Shown here piece by piece: positions 21,913 to 32,241 of a stretch of DNA of 64,000 nucleotides. The number at the start of each line of letters is the position of its first letter. Position 1 is the first letter of the stretch. Location: assembly GCA_038321985.1 (NCBI GenBank), contig JBBQFN010000006.1, positions 64,001-128,000 of the forward strand, read 5' to 3'. The translations under genes were made by a program, and so were the position numbers. The notes below the pieces were generated by a model that saw nothing but the letters and a program-made list of their open reading frames with translations, was not told the origin of the DNA and made no database searches. Source of the stretch: Cyanophyceae cyanobacterium. GTDB taxonomy: Bacteria > Cyanobacteriota > Cyanobacteriia > Cyanobacteriales > Laspinemataceae.

Positions 21913-22463
21913 TTAAACCTCTGTTCTCTCCAGTTGCTCTGCTACTGCTGCCGCTTGTTCAGGATACATCTGTGCCAGATATCCACACATTCGGTAAGCT
22001 GTCTCCCGAGAGGAAGCAGCGGGAATTAAAAGCTGTTTAAAGTTTTTCCCATCCTTTACTTTCGCCATGAGAGAGGCGATGATAGCAATCCGGTAATTAC
22101 GGACTTTCTCTAGAAGGTTTAGCATCTCTACTGCTTCTTTTCATCCTTTGCCAGCCTATACGTGTATCTGCAAAATTATCCACCTTGCTTTTAACTGTTT
22201 GCGTTTACCGCGAATCCGTTCTTTCGCTGTGAGAGTAGTTTTTAATATTTCTTTTATTCCATCCTTTTCTCCTTTTTTCACTGAAATTATGCTATAGCTT
22301 TTTTCACAGTTTCTTGGCCTTGCTGCATCTGGTACTTGACATGATCCCAAATTGTATGAACTACTTTACCGCTTAATGCGCTCACGGCACCGGCAGGGGC
22401 CTTCTTTCTGACTAAGGCAGTTAAAGCAGTCAGGAGGTTGAGCACCGTTGTAGACTCTATCAT
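21913..22463 (-). pseudogene. Decayed gene remnant (frameshifts and stops), family unassigned
   Basis: ATG at 22463 reads MIESTTVLNLLTAL...KKAIA*. Protein-like text continues in another frame (22156..22350, then 21913..22125). Confidence 0.4.
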
Positions 22464-22546
22464 GAGCTTGACGGTCAGAGGCAGGTTTTAGGTGGAATTA
22501 TTTTATTCTAACTGAGATTTAGGAGAAACAGTTAGGGTGGCTAAGG

Positions 22547-22574
22547 ATAGAGAATAGAGAATAGAGAATAGAGG
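22547..22574. repeat. Heptamer tandem repeat (STRR-like), about (ATAGAGA)4
   Basis: atagaga atagaga atagaga atagagg. Confidence 0.75.
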
Positions 22575-22647
22575 GCACCCCAATCTACATTTTGAAAGCG
22601 TGTTGTTAAATAAAACCTCCTTAAGGGGAAGGATTATCGGGCTTTCT

Positions 22648-25600
22648 TTAAAACCTGCCTTCAAATTCCAATAGGGCGCGATTGTTATTATCAAAATCGG
22701 TGGAACCACGTAACAAAATTTGGTCATTGATGCGGTAGCGAATGCTGAATTGAGTGGGGCTATCATCAATTAAAATACGTTCAAGGGAGGCGGATAGGTT
22801 GCGGGTAATATCGACTCCGGCTTCTACTTCTAAGGCAAAGCGATCGCCACTTTTTTCATCGACGAGGGCGGGTCCTACACGAAATTCACTGAGTCCTAAT
22901 GCATCACCGATCGCATCTTGGAGGTCTCCTAAAAGGGTGGTCCCGGCAATGTTGGCAAGGGCTAAGGTTGTATTTCCTTGTCCAAATGTATTGATAAATC
23001 CACCGCCAATTAGTCCGACGATTTCTTGTTCAGTTCTGGCCGGTTCGCTGCTGAGTTCTAGATTATCATTTAACTGCGATGCGAACCCATCCACTCGAGC
23101 TAAAACTCGCACACTTCTGACTTTTCCTACGCTGGTATCGATCGCCTCGTTGACTTCGGAGGATGTGGCGACACTGACTAAATTTCCCCGTACTTCCGGT
23201 ACGGTTGCCATTAACCGCACATCGACATAGGGATCTAATGTCCCGTTAAATACGGCTACATTATCATAGCCGCGCATTAACCTAAATTGAGTGGTAAATA
23301 AATTGATTTGTCCCCGTTCTAGGGTAATCGTTCCCCGAGGGCGCAAGTCTTCTAAAAAGCCATTGATGGTTAAATCCCCGACGGCTAAAAAGCTCAATAA
23401 AGGTGGACTTTCGACTTGCAAGTTATTCCCGAGGACGACTCGCAAATCATTAAACTCCACTCCGGTTTCTGCCTCGGGTGCTGCTGTACCCGTCCCTGAG
23501 TCTGCTGTTGCTTCTGCTTCGGTGGGTAATAGCACCTGTCCATTGGAAAGGACAATTTCACCGCCGATTTGCGGTTCTAAAGCCGTGCCGGTAATCAAAA
23601 CTTGACCTTGAACTCCCCCTTCATATAATCCTTTAAAATTGACTCCTAATTCATTAAGAGAAATAGTTAAGGGATTATTGGCGACGTCGGAATCGACAGC
23701 ACTTAAAGGAATAGATATCGGCAGAATTCCAGCCGCGACAATCGTCCCATTGCTGAATTCTCCTCGCACGCCTTCAACAAGGATGCGATCGCTGGCAAAT
23801 CGGGCGGTTCCTGTTACGTTAGTCAGGGGTTCTGGTAATGCTTCGGAGTTAATAGTGGCATTTTCAATGATTGCCTCACCCTGGGCGATTAACTCCTCGA
23901 TTTCCCCAGTTTCTGGATTTAGGTTTCCCCGCGCTTCAAGGCGGACTCTCCCGATTCCGTCCACCCATTCTACTTGTTGTGCGGAAAGGATATTAATTAG
24001 GGTTAACCCTTCATTTTGAATATCTACATCAAGACTAATTGCCTCGTTCCCTGGTGTAGGAGGTAGGGGGACACTTGCGTTGATTTGGAAGGTTTCTGGC
24101 TCAATGCTGCTAAAATTCAGCCGGGAATTGCCAAAGCTGAATCCACCCCGCAGGGACGGAATATCCTCCCCATTGATAGTGCCATCGACTAAGGCGACTT
24201 CCCCGATCGCCTGGGGACTTTCTACGGTACCGGCAAGGGTCGCCCGCACATTGATTAACCCATCGATATCAAAGTTGGGAGGAAGTTCTACAAAGTCCTG
24301 AATCAGATAGGCGGGTAGCTGTTCGACGCGCAATTGTCCCGACTGAGTTTCTCCACCGAGGGTACCTGTAAAGGCGATTGTACTGCCTTCTGCTTCGATT
24401 CGTAACGGTAGGAATGTTACTGCACCCTCGGCTATATTTCCCCGGATTCTGACTCGGTTAATATCTAAAGTGCGACCTTCCAAGCGGACAACTTCCCCTT
24501 CGATGATTGCGGGATAGGGGGTTTGCGTAAACCAGGTTAAATTCTCACCTCCAATATTAAAACTTCCCTCTACCCCCGTTTCTACGGAACCGGCAAAGGT
24601 AATTTCACCGCCTAGGGTTCCCCGAATATCCACCCGTTCCGGGACTCCCGGCGCTTGCTGTGCTCGGGCATTGAGTTGGACGAGGGTGCTAATTTCAGAG
24701 AACCGCCGCAGTTGGGCAAGCAAGGAGGTATTCGGGGTTCCCACAAAATCGGGTTGGACGGCTTCGGGAGTGGCATACTCGGGTGGTAGTAACCCCCGTT
24801 GCAAATCAGCAATGGTAAAGATTTGTAGGGTCTGAAGTATATCTTCGACTTGACCTCGGGCAATCTCGATCCGTCCTTCAAAATTGGGGTCGTCATCCAA
24901 AACGGCGCGTGCTTGGATTAAATATTCACTGTCTCCAAACCGCAAGGCACCGGCATTGAGGACGCCTACGTTATCCGCAAAGGAAATCTCACCCACAATT
25001 TCGTTAAGCTGGATTAGTCCGATGCGGGGTTGGCGGATTTCGAGTTGAGCCAAGGCTGCCTGGGTGTCTAAATTAAATTGACCCTGGGCGAAGAGTAACC
25101 CGCCTACGGGACCTTGTTCGGGCGGGACAACGACATTGAGAATGGCAAGGGGGAATTGTGAGATTTCAAAATTGAGAAGATTACTATTATCAATGGTACC
25201 TTCGGCCAGGGCTTCTCCTGCTCTCACTAAAAAGGATTCCGGGAAGAAGTTTTCATCCAGGGCAACAGAAATAGCATCCTGAGTTCCCTGAATGGCGATC
25301 GTCACTCCTTCGCCGCTATTTACCCGAATTGGGCCGGTTAAAACTGGCTCGAATTCCAATGTAGCAATGGCAAATTCCTCTAGTCGCACATCCCCGATTA
25401 CTGCAATATCAAAAGGCAAGGGCTGGGGTGTGGGGGGTACGGTTCCGGTAATCTGTCCGGCAAAATTCACGGTTCCGGCAATAAATGGTGGCAGGGGTTC
25501 GCCGGTTGCGGTTTCCGTGGGAAGATTTGCCACAGGCAGAGGTAACCCAGCTAAATTAAAGTCGGTGACATTCAGGTTAAAGTCAAATCCAGTGACTTGC

Positions 25601-28600
25601 GGGGCTTCGACGCCAGCGACATCTACGAAGACAGAACCGTTGGCGGTTAATCCGGGTGCCGATATCTGAGTCACTTCTAAACTTTCCCCGGTCCAGCGAA
25701 AGGCGCTGGTTAGGGGAGAAATGCTGCTGGCAAAGGGGGAGAGGGAAGAATTAGGGGTGAGGGAGTCTAAGACTAATTCCGCTTGTCCGTTGGCCCGAAT
25801 ATCTGCCAGTTCAAAGGAATCGGCGGTCCCCGATAGGCGGACGGTTCCCGTGGAGAGGGCTAAGGGTTCGGTCAAGTTGGGTGCAAAGGCATTTAAGGGG
25901 AGGTCTGATGCCTGTAAGACGGTGTTCCAGGTGCCGCCATTCAATCCAAAGGTACTGGTTACGGTTGCCCCAGCGACCCGTAATCGGGCATCTCCGGCAA
26001 TATCCAGATTTTGCGGTTCTAATTGCTGTATATTCCCGTCTACGCGGAAGTCGGCATTGGCAAGTTCTACCCATACGGGTAAATCGGGGGCGAGTTGATT
26101 GACTTGTATCCCGTTCGAGTTGATAAAGGCGCTCACATTGCCATTGTTTAAGGTTGCATCTGCCTGGATTCGACCGTTGGCAACGGCGATTTGTGCTTCG
26201 GCGGTGGCGTTAATCCCGCTGGGAGTAAAGGAGGTGATAGTTCCGCCTAATCCGACGCGACTATCGGAAATTTGTATAGTTGGGTTCACACCGGGGGCAA
26301 ATTGATTTAATCCGAACTCGTCGGCGAGTAGGGTAGCTTGAAATTCGCCGTTTCGTAAGAATCCTTCCCCGGTGACTGCGGCATTGGAGACGAGTAACTG
26401 GAATTGAGTCCGGGCATCCAGGGTGAGGGGGTTGAATTCGGCGAGATTGGCGCGGATGGTAGTCTCGGCATTGGCGATCGCGATCGGGATGGCTAAATCG
26501 GGGGCGAACTGATTGGCGTCGATACCTGTGGCATTAATTACGGTTTCAAGTTGCCCATTACGGACGGTTCCGTTCCCAGTGAGATTACCATTGGCGAGTG
26601 CGAGTTGTAATTCTGCGCTGCCATCAACTCCCTGGAGTTCCAAGGACTTGATCCTGCCGGATGCAGCCAATCGACCCTCACCAATTGCTAAATTTTGAGG
26701 TAAATTTTGGGCCAATTGACTGCCCTGAATGTTACGGGTGGTCACCAATGCCTCAAACTGCCCATTCCGGACTGTGGCAGTAGCAACGCCCTTGGCATCA
26801 GCGACATCGAGATTGGCATTCAAGGTGAGATTTAGCGCCGTGGGATCTAAGGTGGCGATATCCCCTGAAACCGCCAAGCGTCCCTGATTCACCACCACAG
26901 GCACGGGCAACGCTACAAAAGGATTAACGGCAATGCGATCGCCTGTTATGGTTCCGGAGAATTGACCCTGATTTAACTTGCCCTCCCCTTGAAGACTCCC
27001 CCCGGGGGTTTGCAGTCGCACTTGGGCGGTGGCAACCACGGCCTCTGGGGTAACATTAGCTAAATTGCCTCGGGCCACCACTTGACCCCCCTGGAGTTTT
27101 ACCCCAGCTAGGTTTGGGTTTACTTGTTCTAGGCCTAATCCCGCCCCATTCACCACCCCCTCAAATTGCCCCCGATTCACCGTAGAACGTGCCGTAACTG
27201 TGCCTCCGAAGAGTTGCACCTCACCTTGAAGGTTCGCGTTAATATCCTCGGGTGCAAAGCTATTAAACCGTCCCGAAGCAGTCACTCGTCCTCGCCCCAA
27301 AGTGAGAGGAAGTCCTGGATCATTCGGGGAAGGACTGGGGAGATAAGACAAAGGACTGGTCACCACGGACGCTTGAAAATTGCCATTTTGCAGCCTACCG
27401 TCAGCGACTGCGGTGCCGTTGGCAACATTAAATCGCAGTTGGGTCGTGGCGTTGAGAGTAGCGGGGGTGAGGGTTTCTAAGTTCCCGGCAACGTTAATCC
27501 GACCTTGGGCTAATTGGACCGGAACCGGCAGGAGATCGGGGAATAGGCGATCGAGTTGCAGGTTATCAGCGGTGAGAGTAGCTTGGAGGTTGCCTTGGCG
27601 GACGGTGGCATTGGCATTGAGGGGAGCACCGGCAATATTCAGGTTGAATTGGGCTGTCCCATTTACGCCGTTGAGTTCCAAACTGTCCAGGGTTCCCGTC
27701 ACCGTCCCTTGACCATTGGCCACATTGACAGGACCGGGTAAGTTGGGACCGAGGAAGGGTTCTAAGGGGACATCGGAAGCATTAAAGGTAGCATCAAACG
27801 CCCCATTGACTAAGCGACCATTTACGGTAACTGGGGCATCCCCGACTCTAAGCTGGATTTGAGTCGTGGCTAAAATATCCTCGGGATTTAAGCTGGGTTC
27901 GACCCCGGACAAGTCTGCCGAGAGGTTAACCCGCCCATTGGCGAGGAAGACGGGGAGGGGTGCGGGTTGGGGAAGGAAAGGGGTTAAAGGAAGTTCGGAG
28001 GCGTTGAGGGCGGCGACTAATTGGCCGTTAAGGAGTTGACCGTTGGCGGTGAGGGGATTTCCGGCTACGGTGAGTTGGAGTTGGCTGGTGGCAGCGATCG
28101 CACTTAAGGCTAAATTATCTAAATTCCCCGATAGATTGACCCGACCCTGGGCGATCGCCACTGGGACCGGGAGGAGTCCGGGAATCACCCCATCTAGGGC
28201 AACTCCGGCAGTGGTAGCAATCACCTGAAACTCCCCATTATTCAAGGCGGCATCCGCACTCAAAGTCCCCCCCGGAACCTGTAACTGGGCGTTAGCAGTT
28301 GCTTGGAGATTCTCTGGGTCTAAAGAGCCCGCCAAAGTGCCACCCAGGGTCAGGTTAGCTGTGGGGAGGTTTGCCGGAACCGTCAAATTAGGGATAAATT
28401 CAGCTAAATTTACCTCGGAGGCGCGGACATTGGCTTGCCATTGGCCGTTATTAACGGTGGCATCTGCGGTAAGAGTTCCCACTCCAAGGGTATCCACCGA
28501 GGACCGGGCGATCACAGAGAGTTCGTTGGCATCCAGTTCTAGGTTACCTTCGGCTTGGATCCGAGCTTGTAAGGTCCCCGGTGTGGAGAGGGCGGGAGTC

Positions 28601-30327
28601 TCTCCCGGTGCCGCCAGTTGGTTGATATCCAATCCTTCTGCGGTGATGAAAGCACGCCAACGCTCATCCGCTAAACTGCCGTTAGCGGTAACCGTACCTC
28701 CCGCGACTAGAAAGCGGGCATTGGGGACTACGATCGTGTCGGAGAGGACAATAATTTCCCCTTGACCGGGATAGGTTGCTTGAGGTAAGGCCCACTCGAT
28801 CAAGGTAGTAGGACTCTCGGCGGATCCGGTAATTTTAGCCGTGGCATTGGCGACACCGAGGCGGATGGGGAGGGGAGACTCTAGGTAGGGTTGAGCGATC
28901 GCATCGGCGGGGATATTGCGCGCCTCAAACTGAAGGGCGATCGCCTGCATCGGTTCTAAGGGGATGACACCCCTGCCGGTAATTTCCCCTCCCGCTATCG
29001 GTTGGGCGATAAATCGGTTTAACGTGAGGGTGCTTTGTTCAACGGCGATCGTGACATTTGCTTCAAGCAACCCCAATTGAAGTTGGTCCACGAAAATCGG
29101 TTGAGTATTAGCAACTGCGGCCTCTACAATAGGTGCTTCCAATCGTCCCGTCAGTTGCAATTCCCCGGCTAATTCCCCGGTAATTTCTAGGGGGACTTCC
29201 AGTTGCAGGGATTTAATAAAATCCTCTGTACTCACCGGCAAAATCTTGAGTCCTAAATTGTATTCCCCCTCTCCCTGTGTATCAATGACCCCTTGCGCGG
29301 TAGCGGGAATCGTTCCATAAACAGCACTAGCATTTTCAAACCCAACCTTTAACTCGGAAAAGCGCAACAAACCTCGTGCTTGAGTAATGTTTTGGGGTAA
29401 TCCTACTAACTGGGCATTAATATCCCAAAAACTGGCAACGCCCTGCCATCCAAACAGTTCCTCATTACTCAGATGAATGGTCAAATTGGCATTTAGTCTT
29501 CCCTGATAGGCAACCAGAGGTAAATTAGGAATTAACGGGATAACCTCCGGCGCATACAAATTATTTCCCTGAATCCGCAACTTTGTTTCCGTTGTTTTCA
29601 GTTGCGTCTCCCCACTCACCACTAACTCCGGGTTCGGCCCGCGATCGCCTTCAATTTCATATCGGGGATTCGCCCGGACTTGATAGGATACCCGAGTTTG
29701 TTCGTCCAAAAAATTAGCGGCCCCCTGGACATTTTCGATCGCCAGAGGGCGAGGGGGTGGCACCGTTTCTAAGTTTTCAATTTCTGCCCGCAGTTGAGGA
29801 GAAGGCACAAGGACGAGAAATCCCGACTCAAACCGAATCGCGTCTACCTCAATCTTAATGGGGCCCGGTTCATCATCGCCGGGATGAAGGGTCGTTTCTA
29901 ACCAACCTCCCTCCCTATTTTGTTCAAGATAGATATCCGGTGCAACGAGGGTGATATCTAAAGCTAGGGTGCGACTTTGTAAGAACTTCCAGAGGTTAAA
30001 AGATACCTCCACCCGCTCAATGATAGCCCGGTCCGGGTCCGTGGCGGTAGGGGGAACGTTGGATTTCCCTAGGCTAATGGTGGAGAGGGAGAACCCTGTT
30101 ACCGGACCCACGGCCACCGGGCGCTGAATCAGCTTCGTGAGTTCAACACTCACCAGGGGAGAAAGTTTATTCATCACAAAATACCACCCATAGACCGCAC
30201 CTGTTGCCCCCCCCGCAAGGAAGAGGGCACCGACAGTCCAGCTAGTCCGTTTTAACAGCAGCCTCCAGTCAGGGGAGTGCTTTGGTGGATCTGATTGAGG
30301 TTGGGGAGAGTTGGGGGAGTGGGTCAT
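22648..30327 (-). CDS. tamB: TamB/AsmA-like translocation and assembly module protein with expanded repeat region
   Basis: N-terminal TM anchor, amphipathic beta-strand repeats, C-terminal DUF490-like region (LELSSEPARTEQEIVGLIGG ... FEGRF). Confidence 0.88.
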   Translation of the reverse strand: MTHSPNSPQPQSDPPKHSPDWRLLLKRTSWTVGALFLAGGATGAVYGWYFVMNKLSPLVSVELTKLIQRPVAVGPVTGFSLSTISLGKSNVPPTATDPDRAIIERVEVSFNLWKFLQSRTLALDITLVAPDIYLEQNREGGWLETTLHPGDDEPGPIKIEVDAIRFESGFLVLVPSPQLRAEIENLETVPPPRPLAIENVQGAANFLDEQTRVSYQVRANPRYEIEGDRGPNPELVVSGETQLKTTETKLRIQGNNLYAPEVIPLIPNLPLVAYQGRLNANLTIHLSNEELFGWQGVASFWDINAQLVGLPQNITQARGLLRFSELKVGFENASAVYGTIPATAQGVIDTQGEGEYNLGLKILPVSTEDFIKSLQLEVPLEITGELAGELQLTGRLEAPIVEAAVANTQPIFVDQLQLGLLEANVTIAVEQSTLTLNRFIAQPIAGGEITGRGVIPLEPMQAIALQFEARNIPADAIAQPYLESPLPIRLGVANATAKITGSAESPTTLIEWALPQATYPGQGEIIVLSDTIVVPNARFLVAGGTVTANGSLADERWRAFITAEGLDINQLAAPGETPALSTPGTLQARIQAEGNLELDANELSVIARSSVDTLGVGTLTADATVNNGQWQANVRASEVNLAEFIPNLTVPANLPTANLTLGGTLAGSLDPENLQATANAQLQVPGGTLSADAALNNGEFQVIATTAGVALDGVIPGLLPVPVAIAQGRVNLSGNLDNLALSAIAATSQLQLTVAGNPLTANGQLLNGQLVAALNASELPLTPFLPQPAPLPVFLANGRVNLSADLSGVEPSLNPEDILATTQIQLRVGDAPVTVNGRLVNGAFDATFNASDVPLEPFLGPNLPGPVNVANGQGTVTGTLDSLELNGVNGTAQFNLNIAGAPLNANATVRQGNLQATLTADNLQLDRLFPDLLPVPVQLAQGRINVAGNLETLTPATLNATTQLRFNVANGTAVADGRLQNGNFQASVVTSPLSYLPSPSPNDPGLPLTLGRGRVTASGRFNSFAPEDINANLQGEVQLFGGTVTARSTVNRGQFEGVVNGAGLGLEQVNPNLAGVKLQGGQVVARGNLANVTPEAVVATAQVRLQTPGGSLQGEGKLNQGQFSGTITGDRIAVNPFVALPVPVVVNQGRLAVSGDIATLDPTALNLTLNANLDVADAKGVATATVRNGQFEALVTTRNIQGSQLAQNLPQNLAIGEGRLAASGRIKSLELQGVDGSAELQLALANGNLTGNGTVRNGQLETVINATGIDANQFAPDLAIPIAIANAETTIRANLAEFNPLTLDARTQFQLLVSNAAVTGEGFLRNGEFQATLLADEFGLNQFAPGVNPTIQISDSRVGLGGTITSFTPSGINATAEAQIAVANGRIQADATLNNGNVSAFINSNGIQVNQLAPDLPVWVELANADFRVDGNIQQLEPQNLDIAGDARLRVAGATVTSTFGLNGGTWNTVLQASDLPLNAFAPNLTEPLALSTGTVRLSGTADSFELADIRANGQAELVLDSLTPNSSLSPFASSISPLTSAFRWTGESLEVTQISAPGLTANGSVFVDVAGVEAPQVTGFDFNLNVTDFNLAGLPLPVANLPTETATGEPLPPFIAGTVNFAGQITGTVPPTPQPLPFDIAVIGDVRLEEFAIATLEFEPVLTGPIRVNSGEGVTIAIQGTQDAISVALDENFFPESFLVRAGEALAEGTIDNSNLLNFEISQFPLAILNVVVPPEQGPVGGLLFAQGQFNLDTQAALAQLEIRQPRIGLIQLNEIVGEISFADNVGVLNAGALRFGDSEYLIQARAVLDDDPNFEGRIEIARGQVEDILQTLQIFTIADLQRGLLPPEYATPEAVQPDFVGTPNTSLLAQLRRFSEISTLVQLNARAQQAPGVPERVDIRGTLGGEITFAGSVETGVEGSFNIGGENLTWFTQTPYPAIIEGEVVRLEGRTLDINRVRIRGNIAEGAVTFLPLRIEAEGSTIAFTGTLGGETQSGQLRVEQLPAYLIQDFVELPPNFDIDGLINVRATLAGTVESPQAIGEVALVDGTINGEDIPSLRGGFSFGNSRLNFSSIEPETFQINASVPLPPTPGNEAISLDVDIQNEGLTLINILSAQQVEWVDGIGRVRLEARGNLNPETGEIEELIAQGEAIIENATINSEALPEPLTNVTGTARFASDRILVEGVRGEFSNGTIVAAGILPISIPLSAVDSDVANNPLTISLNELGVNFKGLYEGGVQGQVLITGTALEPQIGGEIVLSNGQVLLPTEAEATADSGTGTAAPEAETGVEFNDLRVVLGNNLQVESPPLLSFLAVGDLTINGFLEDLRPRGTITLERGQINLFTTQFRLMRGYDNVAVFNGTLDPYVDVRLMATVPEVRGNLVSVATSSEVNEAIDTSVGKVRSVRVLARVDGFASQLNDNLELSSEPARTEQEIVGLIGGGFINTFGQGNTTLALANIAGTTLLGDLQDAIGDALGLSEFRVGPALVDEKSGDRFALEVEAGVDITRNLSASLERILIDDSPTQFSIRYRINDQILLRGSTDFDNNNRALLEFEGRF

Positions 30328-30668
30328 CTGGTGATATCAACAGCGCTTAATCTACTACAACGCGAGAATTGCCGGTTTCGCTGGAGCTGCATCAAACTCC
30401 AATCCCCCAAGGTTAGGGGAGGACTTTAATCCAGAAATTGGCGATTGCTTACCCCAAGGATCAGACCCCGAAGGCTTGAGACTCGGACAATGTGGCTTTA
30501 GACTGAGTAAAGACTCCGTATGATTCAGGCCGAGACTGCGAGGGGAGATTTTTAATTTAATCCAAGGGGTTTCGTCCGGCGTCTACCTAGGGGTTAGTCC
30601 CTGGGCAGATCGCGCTTGCCCCTTCTTAAAGATAAACTACTCAAAGTTTAGAAATATCGTTTGAGCTT

Positions 30669-31037
30669 ATGCGAGTATTCGTGTTACTCTTTAATCCCCG
30701 CACGGAGAATGAAGGTATCCACACCCTACAAATTGGCGATCGCAACACGATCCTGATGTTTGAGTCGGAAGATGACGCCACCCGGTACGCCCTGTTGCTG
30801 GAGGCTCAAGATTTTGCAAGTCCCACTCCTGAAGCCCTTGATTCGGAGGAGATTGAGGAATTTTGCCAAGAAGCCGGGTATGACTCCAAGCTGATCCATG
30901 AAGGGGAGTTAGCGATTCCCCCAGAAACCAATCTGGAAGAACTGGATTGGCAGGAGGAGGCCCCGCCACCGGATGATGATAATCTGCCCCAATCTGAACT
31001 GGATCGCATTCGCCGACAGTTGGAAGGGCTACTCTAA
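30669..31037 (+). CDS. DUF3110 family protein
   Basis: EGIHTL, FESEDDATRYALLLEAQDF, LDRIRRQLEGLL. Confidence 0.88.
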   Translation: MRVFVLLFNPRTENEGIHTLQIGDRNTILMFESEDDATRYALLLEAQDFASPTPEALDSEEIEEFCQEAGYDSKLIHEGELAIPPETNLEELDWQEEAPPPDDDNLPQSELDRIRRQLEGLL

Positions 31038-31075
31038 CGGTTATGGATCCCATGCCGGCGGGAACCCGACGAAAG

Positions 31076-31154
31076 GGCAGCCACTTGCTGTTTCGATTCC
31101 CTGTGTCTTGGGGAGGGGAGCACAAGTGGCAGCCACTGGCTGTTTCGGTTCCCT
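31076..31154 (+). repeat. 27-bp direct repeat, two copies, 25-bp spacer
   Basis: GGCAGCCACT(T/G)GCTGTTTCG(A/G)TTCCCT at 31076..31102 and 31128..31154. Confidence 0.8.
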
Positions 31155-31244
31155 CCAACTGCTACCCCTGACGCCGCCCATCCCCTCAAAATCCCCTCAT
31201 CCCTGCTCAAAAATTTTTAATCATTCATTACCCATTGCTCAATC

Positions 31245-32168
31245 ATGACAAACTTAGAGGAACGGGGACATCTACTCACAGAGCAGGTGAACCCCAGTAG
31301 CGAAAATCTCGATCGCCTCAGTTCGCTGGAATTGGTGGATCTGTTTAATCAGGAGGACGCCAAAACCTTAGAGGCGATCGCCAGCGCCCGGACTCAACTC
31401 GCCAAAGCTATTGACCAAGCTGCGGACAAACTTCGTCAAGGTGGACGCCTATTTTATATCGGGGCGGGTACCAGTGGCCGTCTCGGGGTCCTAGATGCAG
31501 CCGAATGTCCCCCCACCTTCTGCACTCCTCCCGAAATGGTCCAGGGCATCATTGCTGGGGGTGCCGGGGCTTTAATCCGCAGTTCTGAAGACTTGGAGGA
31601 CCGCGCCGAAGATGGGGAAGATGCAGTGGTACGGCGTCACATCACGGACTTAGATGTGCTTGTCGGCATTACTGCCGGAGGCACGACTCCCTTCGTTCAA
31701 GGGGCTTTACAAGCGGCCCGTCGTCGGGGTGCCATCACGGTCTTTATCGCTTGCGTCCCTGCCGAACAGGTGAAGGTTCCTGTAGATATCGACATTCGCC
31801 TGCTAGTTGGACCTGAAATTTTAGCCGGTTCTACTCGGTTGAAAGCAGGAACTGTGACGAAAATGGCGTTAAATATTCTCTCAACTGGAGTGATGGTCAA
31901 GCTGGGAAAGGTCTACGGAAACCGCATGGTTGATGTTTCGGTGACCAATAAAAAGCTGCAAGACCGCGCCTTAAGAATTCTGGAAGATTTAACGGGGTTA
32001 GGCCGAAAAGACGCGGGGTTTCTCTTAGAAAAAAGTGGGCGATCGGTTAAGCTGGCTTTAGTGATGCATTGGACTGCTTTAGACAAAGAATCAGCCCAAG
32101 CGTTGCTAGATAATCATAATGGACAATTGCGATTGGCAGTAGACAGCCTCAAAAATTCCGCATCCTAA
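31245..32168 (+). CDS. murQ: N-acetylmuramic acid 6-phosphate etherase
   Basis: GAGTSGRLGVLDAAECPPTF, GSTRLKAGT, GNRMVDV. Confidence 0.97.
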   Translation: MTNLEERGHLLTEQVNPSSENLDRLSSLELVDLFNQEDAKTLEAIASARTQLAKAIDQAADKLRQGGRLFYIGAGTSGRLGVLDAAECPPTFCTPPEMVQGIIAGGAGALIRSSEDLEDRAEDGEDAVVRRHITDLDVLVGITAGGTTPFVQGALQAARRRGAITVFIACVPAEQVKVPVDIDIRLLVGPEILAGSTRLKAGTVTKMALNILSTGVMVKLGKVYGNRMVDVSVTNKKLQDRALRILEDLTGLGRKDAGFLLEKSGRSVKLALVMHWTALDKESAQALLDNHNGQLRLAVDSLKNSAS

Positions 32169-32241
32169 ACCCGGGTAATCCTCAACTCTCTCTCCCCATC
32201 AAAACTGCTCACCTTTAACTTGAAGTATTAATTGAGGAATC

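Noticed and set aside
22754..28765. Many plus-strand ORFs of 60-160 aa opposite tamB
   Set aside because: Shadow ORFs arising from the codon bias of the long minus-strand gene. No recognisable motifs.
31076..31154. Mini CRISPR array (GTTTCGATTCCCT resembles some repeat starts)
   Set aside because: Only two units, a short 25-bp spacer and no cas genes. Kept only as a direct repeat.
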